From a virus, in the IMG/VR virus record IMGVR_UViG_3300037245_001837, positions 10,396 to 74,395 of that record: a stretch of DNA of 64,000 nt. The stretch is one strand, 5' to 3'. Within the stretch, counting starts at the first letter, position 1. Each line of letters starts with the position of its first letter. The notes below the pieces were generated by a model, which saw nothing but the letters and a program-made list of their open reading frames with translations, did not search any database and had not been told where the DNA came from. A program made the position numbers and the translations under genes. This document shows, piece after piece, positions 20,052 through 30,023 of the stretch.

Positions 20052-20819
20052 ATGGCTAACTTCAGAACATTAAAACCGCAAAGAGCAGCAGTTATTGTAC
20101 AACAACCAATTGTATATTATCAAAGAAACTCAAAAGGAAAAACAACAAAAAAACGTCATATTCAGTACGTTGAAGATTTAGAAACAATCTTTGTTGATGA
20201 GCAAAGAAAACTTGTTGACAATCCAAAACCTTCACCAATTTACATTGCAAAAGGAGTATTAAAAATAGATGATGACAACTTACCTATGTTGGAATTAATG
20301 AGCAAACACCCTCATAATCAAGCTAACGGAGGTACTTTATTCAGATTAGTTGATGTTGAAAAAGATGATCTTTATGAAGTAAAGCAATCTGAAAAAATAG
20401 ATAAAGCTAGAGCATCCTTAATTGATATGGATGACAATTTAATTAGAGCTGTCGCAGCTTGGTTCTTAGGTCATAGCTTTATCAGCAAAAGTATTCTAAA
20501 ACTTAAAAAGACTTTAAGAAGTAAATTGGAAATGAACTTCAAATTAACCGATGGTAAAACATTTTTCGTTGATGCTTTTACAGAATTTATCGAAGAAAAA
20601 AACAACGAAGAAAAGTTAATGGTTATGTTAGCTATTCAAAAAGGTATAATTACCATTATCAATGGTAAAACAGTTGCTTGGGGTAATTCCGATGAACCTA
20701 TTTATAATGGTTCACAACCAAATTACATTGTTCGTGAATTTTCTGTTTGGGTTAAGAATGATGAAGAAGGAAGAAACGTATTAAAACTTATCGCAGAGAA
20801 AATTTCTAACTTAAAATAA
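20052..20819 (+). CDS. Conserved virion-module protein following MCP
   Basis: HIQYVE...IFVDEQ...KHPHN motif; promoter TACATTTG at 20020 favours ATG 20052. Confidence 0.75.
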   Translation: MANFRTLKPQRAAVIVQQPIVYYQRNSKGKTTKKRHIQYVEDLETIFVDEQRKLVDNPKPSPIYIAKGVLKIDDDNLPMLELMSKHPHNQANGGTLFRLVDVEKDDLYEVKQSEKIDKARASLIDMDDNLIRAVAAWFLGHSFISKSILKLKKTLRSKLEMNFKLTDGKTFFVDAFTEFIEEKNNEEKLMVMLAIQKGIITIINGKTVAWGNSDEPIYNGSQPNYIVREFSVWVKNDEEGRNVLKLIAEKISNLK

Positions 20820-20825
20820 ATAATC

Positions 20826-21107
20826 ATGGGGGGAAAAAAAGAATCATTTCAAATTTGTCTTCAAAATAAAGTTAGTAAAGAAATTGAAGAGGTTGAAATC
20901 TATACGGAGTCAGCAACCGAAAATATCTATCAAAGATTAATTAAGCTTCAATTACAATATTGTAATGATAAAAATGTTAAAATAGTCATGCAAGAATATC
21001 TTATTCAAAAAAATGAATCAGATAAGGGTAAAACATACGAAATGGCAGTTGCAGAATCAAATTGTGATTATTCGTATATTTCAATTATAAAAGAATTAAA
21101 AACTTAA
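20826..21107 (+). CDS. Hypothetical protein
   Basis: ORF track; flanked by 15-bp direct repeat. Confidence 0.65.
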   Translation: MGGKKESFQICLQNKVSKEIEEVEIYTESATENIYQRLIKLQLQYCNDKNVKIVMQEYLIQKNESDKGKTYEMAVAESNCDYSYISIIKELKT

Positions 21108-21117
21108 ATAAATAATC

Positions 21118-21444
21118 ATGAAAGACACTAAATTAACTGCTTATGTAAGCGAGAAACACGTATTGGCTTTTGAAATTGGAGAAATCAAAAAAACAAAAAC
21201 AGAAGGAAAGGGAAAAAATAAAGTTGAAGTTCCTATACAGGGAAGCGGAGCTATTATTGTTCCTGAAAACAAAGAAATTGATCCTGTTCGTGTAAACAAT
21301 ATGTTCTTAGCGAAATTCAAACCTGTTAAAGGTGATTTTTACGTTATTGAAGAAGGACAGTACCCAATAATTAAGAAAGCAAAAACTTTTCTGGAAGAAT
21401 ATGCAGAAGTAGCAGAAGTAGAGGAAGTTAAAAAAAAAGACTAA
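21118..21444 (+). CDS. Divergent paralogue of 15865..16140
   Basis: YVSEKHVLAFEI...GAIIVPE...KFKPVKGDFYV aligns with YQSHKKVWALKI...SAMITPE...KHKPQVGGYYV. Confidence 0.7.
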   Translation: MKDTKLTAYVSEKHVLAFEIGEIKKTKTEGKGKNKVEVPIQGSGAIIVPENKEIDPVRVNNMFLAKFKPVKGDFYVIEEGQYPIIKKAKTFLEEYAEVAEVEEVKKKD

Positions 21445-21497
21445 CTCCGAATAATACTTCAGAAGAAATACAAATAAATCCTATTAAAGGATTCTTT

Positions 21498-21532
21498 AAA
21501 AAGCTTCTCAATTAATTTTGAGAAGCTTTTTT
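21498..21532 (+). terminator. Intrinsic terminator
   Basis: AAAAAGCTTCTCAA-ttaatt-TTGAGAAGCTTTTT. Confidence 0.85.
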
Positions 21533-21571
21533 GCATTACTAATAAAAACGCATTCAACTATTAAAATTAAT

Positions 21572-21579
21572 TATATTTG
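21572..21579 (+). promoter_or_regulatory. -7 promoter element, tail operon
   Basis: TATATTTG. Confidence 0.7.
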
Positions 21580-21597
21580 TGAAAACATTAAATAATT

Positions 21598-22284
21598 ATG
21601 TTAGATTCAATCTATAAGACTGTTCAAGCGATACTAAATAAGGATCAACTAGGTTATTTAAAACCTTTAAAATTCAACTTATTTATAAGAAATGCTTCAA
21701 GAAAAATATATAACGGATATTTAACAGATTTAAAATCTAATGTTCGTAAAATGAATTGGATGCTTGATGGTAAAGATTTTGCAAAACTATCAGAACATAC
21801 ACAGCAATTACTAGAACATTTTTCAGCAATAGAACCAATAACCAGAACAACAAATTTTGTTTTTCCTGATGATTTTGAATATGTCGAAGATGTTTTTACA
21901 GGTGATACTAGAATAGAAAAAATAAATTACAGTGATTATCAAGATTTACAAAGTAATAATTACGCACCACCAAGTACCTGCAATCCTATTTGCAGTAAGG
22001 TAGGCAGTGCTTTATTGGTTAGTCCTCTTAGTATTACAGCAATAAATTTACACTACCTTAGAGAGCCTAAAATTGCGAATTGGACTTTTGAAGAGGTTGA
22101 TGGAAAACCAATGTTTGACCAAACAGCAAATGATTATCAAGATGTTGATATGCCTAAAAGCGCATACGATGAATTAATAAGTCTTGTGGTTGAAATGGGA
22201 GCAACATACCTTAGAGATTTTAATGTTGTCCAAGGAGCAAATGCCGAGCAAGTACAAGATACTAATCAAGAAAATAAGCAATAA
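21598..22284 (+). CDS. Tail tubular / ring (adaptor) protein
   Basis: YKTVQAILNKDQLGYL.P..FN and HYLREPK..W motifs typical of crAss-like ring proteins. Confidence 0.7.
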   Translation: MLDSIYKTVQAILNKDQLGYLKPLKFNLFIRNASRKIYNGYLTDLKSNVRKMNWMLDGKDFAKLSEHTQQLLEHFSAIEPITRTTNFVFPDDFEYVEDVFTGDTRIEKINYSDYQDLQSNNYAPPSTCNPICSKVGSALLVSPLSITAINLHYLREPKIANWTFEEVDGKPMFDQTANDYQDVDMPKSAYDELISLVVEMGATYLRDFNVVQGANAEQVQDTNQENKQ

Positions 22285-22287
22285 ATT

Positions 22288-23109
22288 ATGTCAGTAGCCA
22301 CTAACGATCAGCAATATTACGAAGATAAGGAATTATGGGGTGAGGATATGTTTACAAATCTAAAGGATATTATAAATAATATTCTTATTACTGCTGATGA
22401 TGATAGTTATTTTAAACATTCCAAACGGTTTAGAGCTTCTATCTTTGGTAAGCAAATCATAAAATCACTAAATGTTGATGTTCAAAGCAAAGACAAAGCA
22501 ATAAGCATTCAACTTTCTCCAAGTCAAATATTTCCATTCCCTAGATATATGACAAACTGGAGTAGAATTGGAGTAATGAATAAATGCGATAAATTAAGTG
22601 TTTTAAACATTAATAACAATCCTACTACTCACGATTATTTGCAGGATAACGAATGGAAATTACTCTATGATGAATCTGGAAACGTTTTACGTGGTGCAGA
22701 TTTTGATGCTCAAAAAGGTGATTGCTGCTTAATCGTTCAATGTGAAACAGTAACTACTACTGAATGCAATGATTCAGAATTTAAAAATAGTTGGGTAAAA
22801 GAGAATAAAGAAGGTAATTACTTTGAATTTAGTGAAGATTTAGTTGATCAGATTATTGTTATTGAATATCAGACAGCAGGTTTAGATACTATTGATGATT
22901 GCGATATTAAAGTACATCATTATTTAGAAGATACAGTAACCAGAGGTATCCAATGGAATCTTTTAATGGGTAAAAGAAATACTCCTGATAAGACAGTTTT
23001 TTATTACGAAGACCTTTATAAAAAAGCCAAGAAGAAGAGCAAAAATCTTTTAGCTAAAAAAATAACAGTTGAACAAATGTTAAAAGCTATCGATTTAAGA
23101 ACAAGCTAA
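22288..23109 (+). CDS. Tail tubular / adaptor protein
   Basis: FPRYMTNWSRI...FEFS...IVIEY...G motif; position before tail hub. Confidence 0.65.
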   Translation: MSVATNDQQYYEDKELWGEDMFTNLKDIINNILITADDDSYFKHSKRFRASIFGKQIIKSLNVDVQSKDKAISIQLSPSQIFPFPRYMTNWSRIGVMNKCDKLSVLNINNNPTTHDYLQDNEWKLLYDESGNVLRGADFDAQKGDCCLIVQCETVTTTECNDSEFKNSWVKENKEGNYFEFSEDLVDQIIVIEYQTAGLDTIDDCDIKVHHYLEDTVTRGIQWNLLMGKRNTPDKTVFYYEDLYKKAKKKSKNLLAKKITVEQMLKAIDLRTS

Positions 23110-23119
23110 CACCTACGCT

Positions 23120-26100
23120 ATGCCAAAATTAATAAATACATTTATCGAGGGTATGATGAATAAGGATACCTCAAAGTCTTTAGTTAATAATTCTCAATAT
23201 AGACACGCTGAAAATTTAAGATTCCATGTAAATAATGGAGATGATGGAACAGGTGTTAACATTAAAGGAACAGTACTCAAAAGTGATGTTACAGAAGGGA
23301 ATACCGACCTTAAATGTATTGGAGCATATTTTAATACAGATAAAGATGTTATTTACTATAAATTAGCAAGTACAAATGGTCAAATCAGTATTGATGCTGA
23401 ATATAATATTGGAACAGATACAACAACAATTGTACTTAAAGATACAAATGGAGTTCTAAAATATGATAAAACTGGATATGTAACAGGATGGGATGAAATA
23501 GATGGTTTACAAATTTGGTCTGAATGGGGTAATAATATCAGAAGAATAAATACTGAAAGAGCAAAAACTTATGGCGTAAATGGATTTACTGAAGAAGATA
23601 TTGCCTTAATTGTAAAACCTCCACTACAAAAACTAAAACTAACTTTAGAGGATACAACTACTCCTGCATTAGAAGAAAATAATATTGAAGAAAAATTCAT
23701 ATCGTTTTCTTACAGATACAGATATTTAGATGGTGAATATAGTGTTTTAGCTCCATTCACTGAGTTTGCTTTTTTACCAAACAAGTTTAAATATAATTAT
23801 GGCGAACAATCAAATGAATCAATGGTTAATAAGTTTAATCAGGTTCTAATTGAATTTAATACTGGAAACGAAAGAGTTACTGAAATTCAACTAATTTTCA
23901 AAGAAAGCGAAAGTAATTCTGAATGGATAATTGATGATTTCAATAAAGAATTATTAGGTTATGGAAACGATGAAGCCAGAACATTCAAATTTAATAATAA
24001 CAAAACATTTAGAGCTTTAAGTGATCTTATAATAAGAGAATATTTCTCAAATGTTCCATTAACTGCTAAAGCACAATGTATAATTGATGGCAGATTACTT
24101 GTAGGTCATTATAAAGAAAACTATGACATTAAAGATGATTTACTTGCTAAAATAGAACTAGATTACTCACTTTTATTAGTTGCTATTGATAATACTGAAG
24201 TAATAGATATTGGAGGCGTGCCAACCACAGTTCCAACATTAAACCCTTTAGAAACCTGTAAAAGCAATAGGGATTATGAAGTTGTTATGGTTTATTTAGA
24301 TGGGTTCGGAAGAGCTACAACATCATTACAAAGTAAAACAAACACTTTATACATAAATAATTCCAATAATATTACTGGTAATTCAATAGATGTAATATTA
24401 AAACATAAACCTCCGTTTTGGGCAAAACATTATAGATTTTTCATTAAGCAAACCAAAAAGAATTATGACCAATTATTACCAGTTGTATTTTATGAAGATG
24501 GCGTATATCGTTGGGTCAAATTAGAAGGAGCTGATAAGGATAAAATAAAAGAAGGTGATTATTTAATTGTAAAAGCAGACAGTCAAGGAATTTTAAACAC
24601 TCTTGTTAAGACTAAAGTTTTAGAGATTACACAACAAGAAAAAAACTTCTTACAACCTGATGATGTTACTGATAAAATAGAAGAACGAAGTGGACTTTAT
24701 TTTAAAATTAGACCAGACGGATATAGAATAGATTTAGATGATTTCGATAGTTATTTATTAGAAACATACGATAATACAAGTAAAGCATACAATAATCCTG
24801 TTAGGGATTTAACACAATATATAAGTCAACCGCATTTTTATGGAGACACTTTAGATGATCTAGTTTCATCAGGATCATACGCAGGAGCTTCTGGAACTAG
24901 AACTAGATATTTGATTCAAATAGACAACATACAATTAGCTGCAAAAGGCACTGTAACTTTAAATTCAGGAGCTTCTGGATCAGTAGATAGCATAACTGTT
25001 AATGGAGTTGAAATATTAAGTGGTTCAGTTCCATTTAATACAGATTTACCAAATACAGCATTAGATGTTGCTGCAAACATATTAGCAAATACATCATCTC
25101 CAAATTATACAGCTATTGCAGTAGGAAATATAATAACTATTACAGCAGTAACATTAGGAACTTCTTCTAATGGATTTGCAGTAGTATCATCTGCAACAAC
25201 AATAACAACAACAGATGCAAATATGTCTGATGGTTCTGAAAATACTTTTAAATGGAGTGATGACGAAGGAGCAACCTATGTAGCTGAAAATATACCAATA
25301 ACAGGAGTAGCACAATTATTAGATAATAATGGAGTATCAATAACATTTGGAGCTTTAACAGGTCATTCACTATCAGATGAATGGAATATTAATGCAAGAG
25401 CTATATTTTCTGTTGACGGAAACTCAAAAGCTTATGGTTTTTTCAGAACAGAAAATAATCATAGTGAGAATTTAGAAGATTTTGAAGCTGAAGAAATAAA
25501 TATTGGAGCAAGAATTCTTTTAGAATATGACGAATATAGTGAAGGTGATGACTATTTTCTAATTGATGAGACTTCAAACGATAAATACGACAATATTCAA
25601 GAATGGTTTTTTAAAGAAGATATTATAGCAAAAATAGAAACTCAAGGAAACATAACAATTACAAATGTATTTTTTGTTAGAGGAGTTTTACTTTATGATG
25701 ATACTGCAACTCAAATAACACAAAGGGATGCTGATGGAACAATGACATTATTAATAAAATCATATGCAACACAAAATAATGATTTTGATAAAAGAGTAAA
25801 GGTTAGGGCAAAAAGTGAAATACTTCAATCAGACAGTAATAATATTATTCTTTTAGAAACTGAACCAACAGAACAACCATACGAAACATTTTATGAAATT
25901 GGAAAAACATACGATATAACAGGAGGCTATCATATATCTGACACAGATATACCAACCGATGTAAATCAATCATTAGGAGTAGATTTAAGAGTTAAATTAG
26001 ATTGGTTTAATGCTTATAGTTATGGTAATGCTGTTGAGAGTTATAAAATTAAAGATGAGTTCAATAGAAAAGGATTAGATGTAGGTATTCGAGTATCAGC

Positions 26101-27352
26101 AGCATCAAAAGAAGAATATAAGCAAGTAACAAGAATTGCTGATGTTTCTTGGAGTGATGTGTATAATGATGACTCAAATTTCAATGGTTTAAGCTCATTC
26201 AATTTATCATTAATAAACTTTATTTCTTTAGATAAGGAAAATTCAAGTATCCAGAAACTTTACAATTCAAATAGCAATCTTATGATATTTCAAGAGGATG
26301 CTGTTGGAATTATGCCGTATAATAAAAATATCATATACGATACTCAAGGAGGTAGAGTTGTTGGAGTTTCTCAAAATATATTAAGTAAGGAAAGTTACAG
26401 AGCTTATGCAGAAGGATTACATGGTATTTCAAAGAATCCTGAAAGTTTTGTTGCTGTTGGAGCTAGAAAATATTTTACCGATAGGGTTAGGGGTAATATT
26501 TTAAGATTGGCAAATAATGGAATTACAGAAATAAATGAAAATTTATTAGAACATTATACTTCTGATCAAATGAAAGAAAATAAAGGACTTTCAATGATTG
26601 CATCATTTGACCCAAAACATAAAGAGTATTTATTACACCTTCCAAATGAAGGTAAGTTACTGTGTTTTACGGAAAAAACTAAAGGTTTTCCTGAATTTTA
26701 CACGTTTGAACCAGACTTCATGTTGAATGCTGACAATGAAATTTACGCTTGGAAAAATGGTAAAATGTATATCTTAAATGCTTCTGAAACTAGAAATAAT
26801 TTCTTTGGTGTTCAGTATCAAAGTAAATTGAAATTCTTTGTAAATCAAGAGTTTGGAGTTGAAAAAGTATTTAATACAATGGGATTACAAAGCACTCACG
26901 CTTGGTTAGCTAACTTACTTACAAATCTAACTTCTAGGCAAATTCCTAAATCATCGTTTTCTAAAATTGAAGATCATTGGTATTCTGAAATAATGGGTAA
27001 CACCAATTCAAAAACAGTATCTAGTAGTAAATTTGGATTAGGAACATACGTTATTACAAATGGAGAAATAACAACAAGTTTAAGAAATTCTGTAATGTCT
27101 ATTGGGGATTATGTAACAAGCAAAACATTACTATTTGCTCCAAATAAAATAGTTGATATTTTATCCGATAAAATAGTTCTTGAAACAAACATAACAACAA
27201 TTTCTTCATTTTTAATGTATAGCAAAAATGCTAATATCGATGGAGAATCAATCAGGGGTGATTATATGGAAGTTGAATTAATAAACGATGACACAAATAA
27301 AGTATCAATAAAAGCTGTTACAACAGATGTCTCAAAGAGTTATTACAGCTAA
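23120..27352 (+). CDS. Tail stabilisation / nozzle protein (P22 gp10-like)
   Basis: FIEGMMNKD...QYRHAEN start, FSYRYRYLDGEYS, GNAVES, GISKNPESF, IRGDYMEV end. Confidence 0.8.
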   Translation: MPKLINTFIEGMMNKDTSKSLVNNSQYRHAENLRFHVNNGDDGTGVNIKGTVLKSDVTEGNTDLKCIGAYFNTDKDVIYYKLASTNGQISIDAEYNIGTDTTTIVLKDTNGVLKYDKTGYVTGWDEIDGLQIWSEWGNNIRRINTERAKTYGVNGFTEEDIALIVKPPLQKLKLTLEDTTTPALEENNIEEKFISFSYRYRYLDGEYSVLAPFTEFAFLPNKFKYNYGEQSNESMVNKFNQVLIEFNTGNERVTEIQLIFKESESNSEWIIDDFNKELLGYGNDEARTFKFNNNKTFRALSDLIIREYFSNVPLTAKAQCIIDGRLLVGHYKENYDIKDDLLAKIELDYSLLLVAIDNTEVIDIGGVPTTVPTLNPLETCKSNRDYEVVMVYLDGFGRATTSLQSKTNTLYINNSNNITGNSIDVILKHKPPFWAKHYRFFIKQTKKNYDQLLPVVFYEDGVYRWVKLEGADKDKIKEGDYLIVKADSQGILNTLVKTKVLEITQQEKNFLQPDDVTDKIEERSGLYFKIRPDGYRIDLDDFDSYLLETYDNTSKAYNNPVRDLTQYISQPHFYGDTLDDLVSSGSYAGASGTRTRYLIQIDNIQLAAKGTVTLNSGASGSVDSITVNGVEILSGSVPFNTDLPNTALDVAANILANTSSPNYTAIAVGNIITITAVTLGTSSNGFAVVSSATTITTTDANMSDGSENTFKWSDDEGATYVAENIPITGVAQLLDNNGVSITFGALTGHSLSDEWNINARAIFSVDGNSKAYGFFRTENNHSENLEDFEAEEINIGARILLEYDEYSEGDDYFLIDETSNDKYDNIQEWFFKEDIIAKIETQGNITITNVFFVRGVLLYDDTATQITQRDADGTMTLLIKSYATQNNDFDKRVKVRAKSEILQSDSNNIILLETEPTEQPYETFYEIGKTYDITGGYHISDTDIPTDVNQSLGVDLRVKLDWFNAYSYGNAVESYKIKDEFNRKGLDVGIRVSAASKEEYKQVTRIADVSWSDVYNDDSNFNGLSSFNLSLINFISLDKENSSIQKLYNSNSNLMIFQEDAVGIMPYNKNIIYDTQGGRVVGVSQNILSKESYRAYAEGLHGISKNPESFVAVGARKYFTDRVRGNILRLANNGITEINENLLEHYTSDQMKENKGLSMIASFDPKHKEYLLHLPNEGKLLCFTEKTKGFPEFYTFEPDFMLNADNEIYAWKNGKMYILNASETRNNFFGVQYQSKLKFFVNQEFGVEKVFNTMGLQSTHAWLANLLTNLTSRQIPKSSFSKIEDHWYSEIMGNTNSKTVSSSKFGLGTYVITNGEITTSLRNSVMSIGDYVTSKTLLFAPNKIVDILSDKIVLETNITTISSFLMYSKNANIDGESIRGDYMEVELINDDTNKVSIKAVTTDVSKSYYS

Positions 27353-27383
27353 TCATTTTAAGTTAGTTTTAAAATTAGTACAG

Positions 27384-27416
27384 AAAACACCAATAATTGA
27401 CGTTATTGGTGTTTTT
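27384..27416. terminator. Bidirectional terminator between convergent genes
   Basis: AAAACACCAATAA-ttgacg-TTATTGGTGTTTT. Confidence 0.85.
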
Positions 27417-27432
27417 GTTTATATAAAAAAAA

Positions 27433-27828
27433 TTAACCTATTTGTTTTAGGTATTGTGTAACATTTACATCTCCTTCAGAATATCCAACTCCAAGTAGAG
27501 CGTCTTGTACTGGTTTTACTGGTGAAGTTGTGTATAATAAATAATAACTTTCTTTTAAAGCGTATTTCTCTATTTCATCTAGTAGAAATTGAAATGCTCC
27601 TTCTCTTTTTTCTTTTGGAACTTCTAAATTAGAAATTGGATAAGCTAAATACGCTAATGAACTATCTGTTTCGTAGAAAAACATACAATACAAATCTTCT
27701 ACTTCATTGCTAACTACAAAAACTTTTTGTGGCAAAAATGAAATATGTACATTAGGAAAATTGTGTAAATCCCAAAAACGTTTCGCTGTTTTGTAATAAT
27801 CTTCTGTTTTCTCAATTCTAACTTTCAT
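27433..27828 (-). CDS. GNAT-fold acetyltransferase-like virion-module protein
   Basis: FLP...FFYETDS...PISN...REGA...LLGVGY pattern; adjacent to tail hub and ejection genes. Confidence 0.6.
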   Translation of the reverse strand: MKVRIEKTEDYYKTAKRFWDLHNFPNVHISFLPQKVFVVSNEVEDLYCMFFYETDSSLAYLAYPISNLEVPKEKREGAFQFLLDEIEKYALKESYYLLYTTSPVKPVQDALLGVGYSEGDVNVTQYLKQIG

Positions 27829-27851
27829 AATTAAATGTGTTTTTATTTATA

Positions 27852-27907
27852 CAAAAATAATGAATTACTTTTAGTTAGTGTATTTTATATTTAAAATTTT
27901 ATATTTG
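27852..27907. promoter_or_regulatory. Divergent promoter pair
   Basis: TATTTTTG on - strand (27852-27859), TATATTTG on + strand (27900-27907). Confidence 0.65.
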
Positions 27908-27933
27908 TATCTATAACTTTAAATATAATCATA

Positions 27934-28443
27934 ATGGCAGTTGGAACAGGTATAGCGAGTCTAGGATTAGCTATTGGACAAACAGTAGCAGGAGGGATAC
28001 GTGCTAAAAAAGATAGAAAAGCAATTCACGACTTCAGGAGACAAGACCTTATTAACCCATTAGAGAACATTCAGATAAGCACTTTAAGGTCAGATAAACA
28101 AACTGATGCTAATTTATCTAATTTTGCAACATCTGTTGATGCACTTCAAAGAGGTGGAACTAGAGCTATCTCAACTGGACTACCAAGAATTAATGAAGGG
28201 AATATATTAGTTCAAAATCAAATTTTACAAGATTTAGAAGATCAGGATCAGCAAAGAAACATACTTATAGCTCAAGGAGAGGAAAGAATCAGAGCTATCC
28301 GAGAAGGTAGAGAAATAAACGCTTTACAAGGATTAGGTCAATCTCTTCAAACAAACCGTCAAGATACATTTAGTGGCACTCAAAACATAATATCAAGTAG
28401 TTTAGCCTTAACTGCTGCATTAGAAGCGGCTAAGGATGAATAA
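27934..28443 (+). CDS. Internal virion / DNA ejection protein
   Basis: Gly/Ala-rich hydrophobic N-terminus, Q-rich coiled coil. Confidence 0.7.
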   Translation: MAVGTGIASLGLAIGQTVAGGIRAKKDRKAIHDFRRQDLINPLENIQISTLRSDKQTDANLSNFATSVDALQRGGTRAISTGLPRINEGNILVQNQILQDLEDQDQQRNILIAQGEERIRAIREGREINALQGLGQSLQTNRQDTFSGTQNIISSSLALTAALEAAKDE

Positions 28444-28460
28444 TAAAAATTAAAAAAATT

Positions 28461-30020
28461 ATGGCTCAACAAGGTACAACCGCAGCAGCATTTACCAGAC
28501 TAAGACCACTCGAAGGAACCAATACAGGTGCAATCGTTGAGGAACATATTAGATTTTGGGAAAAGAACAAAGGTGATAAAGAAGCAGCAAAACTAGCTAG
28601 AGAAGCAAAAGCAAACGAGTTCAAAAGAAAAGTTGCCAAACAAACCTTTGATACTTATAAAGGTTTAGAAGGTCAAGAAGCAGCAGGTTATTTCACAGAG
28701 CAAATTGTAAATTATAAAAATGAAAATGCTGAAAAATGGGTTGACTTAGCAAAAAAAATTAATACAGGTGATGAGAATGCAATTATATTATATGCTAAAG
28801 AAAAGGAGAAGTTGAGAAATCTTATAAATGCGAGTAAAGTTGTTGCTGCAAAATCAGCAGAATTAGTAAAGCAAAAAGCAGATGGAACTTTTAACGAGCA
28901 TTTAGATTCAGATTTACTAGATTTTAATGAACAACTTGCTAGAAGTAATTATGCATTAGACCCTAAACTTGGTAAGTTTAGAATTTATGACAAAAACAAT
29001 CCAAATGTATTATTAGAAGTTGATCCACTAAAATTAACAAACGAATATCTTAGTGCTAATTTCAATCAACCAGTTGATTTTACATCCACAGGATCAAGAT
29101 TAGCAAAAGGGTTGCTAGATTCTATTGATGGTAATAAACAAATTACTCAAGAAACTAATGTTCGTGGAGTTCAATTAGCTTTAAATGAATTTTCACAAGA
29201 CCCTGTTATAGCTAAAAGTTGGTACAGAGATCAACAAAAGAAAGGATTGAATTCAAATACAAAAACATTTGAAGAATTAGATGATGGTGAATTTAATAAT
29301 TTAGCAGCTTCATTTTACCAACAATCAATTAAACCTAATATTTCTGAAACAACAAAAGATACAGAATTAGAAGATGCAGGAAAAAGACAAGCTTTAATAA
29401 ATGCAAAGTTAGAAGCACAACGAAAACGACAATTACTTAAAAAAGGAGCAAAAGAAGCTACCGAAGGAGAAACAACTATTGAGATTACTACAACAGAAGA
29501 GGGAAATACTATAAGTAGAGAAATAACCGCTAGTGGGCAACCTGTTTCTACCGAAATATTAGGAGAAACTATGTTTACTATAAAAGGAGGTTTCTCAGTT
29601 GATGAAGTAGAGGGTGATAAAGACACGAGAACAACTTATACTAACTTTGCTAGGGGTAAAGATGGAATTGTAGCAATTGGTACAAAAACAACAAAAACAC
29701 CTGTTTTAGATGAAGATGGCAAGCAAGTTATCGATGATGATGGAGTTGTTCAACTTAGAGAAGAAACAATTAGTATTGTTGAAAAAGATAAAACTAAATT
29801 AGGAAATATCGCAACAAGAATAACTAATAAAGAAGGTGAAACATTTAAAAATCTAACTGAATTAAATGCAGAGTTAATAAATTTAGAAGGAGAGCTAACA
29901 AAAACTACAACGGTATCTGCAAAAACATTTACTGAAGGGCAAGAAAAATCGATACAGGATAATATGGATGCTAATCCAGACTATTCAAGAGAAGAAATAA
30001 TCAAAGCATTAGGTTTTTAA
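28461..30020 (+). CDS. Putative internal virion / ejection protein
   Basis: Helical 519 aa between small and giant ejection proteins. Confidence 0.6.
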   Translation: MAQQGTTAAAFTRLRPLEGTNTGAIVEEHIRFWEKNKGDKEAAKLAREAKANEFKRKVAKQTFDTYKGLEGQEAAGYFTEQIVNYKNENAEKWVDLAKKINTGDENAIILYAKEKEKLRNLINASKVVAAKSAELVKQKADGTFNEHLDSDLLDFNEQLARSNYALDPKLGKFRIYDKNNPNVLLEVDPLKLTNEYLSANFNQPVDFTSTGSRLAKGLLDSIDGNKQITQETNVRGVQLALNEFSQDPVIAKSWYRDQQKKGLNSNTKTFEELDDGEFNNLAASFYQQSIKPNISETTKDTELEDAGKRQALINAKLEAQRKRQLLKKGAKEATEGETTIEITTTEEGNTISREITASGQPVSTEILGETMFTIKGGFSVDEVEGDKDTRTTYTNFARGKDGIVAIGTKTTKTPVLDEDGKQVIDDDGVVQLREETISIVEKDKTKLGNIATRITNKEGETFKNLTELNAELINLEGELTKTTTVSAKTFTEGQEKSIQDNMDANPDYSREEIIKALGF

Positions 30021-30023
30021 ATT

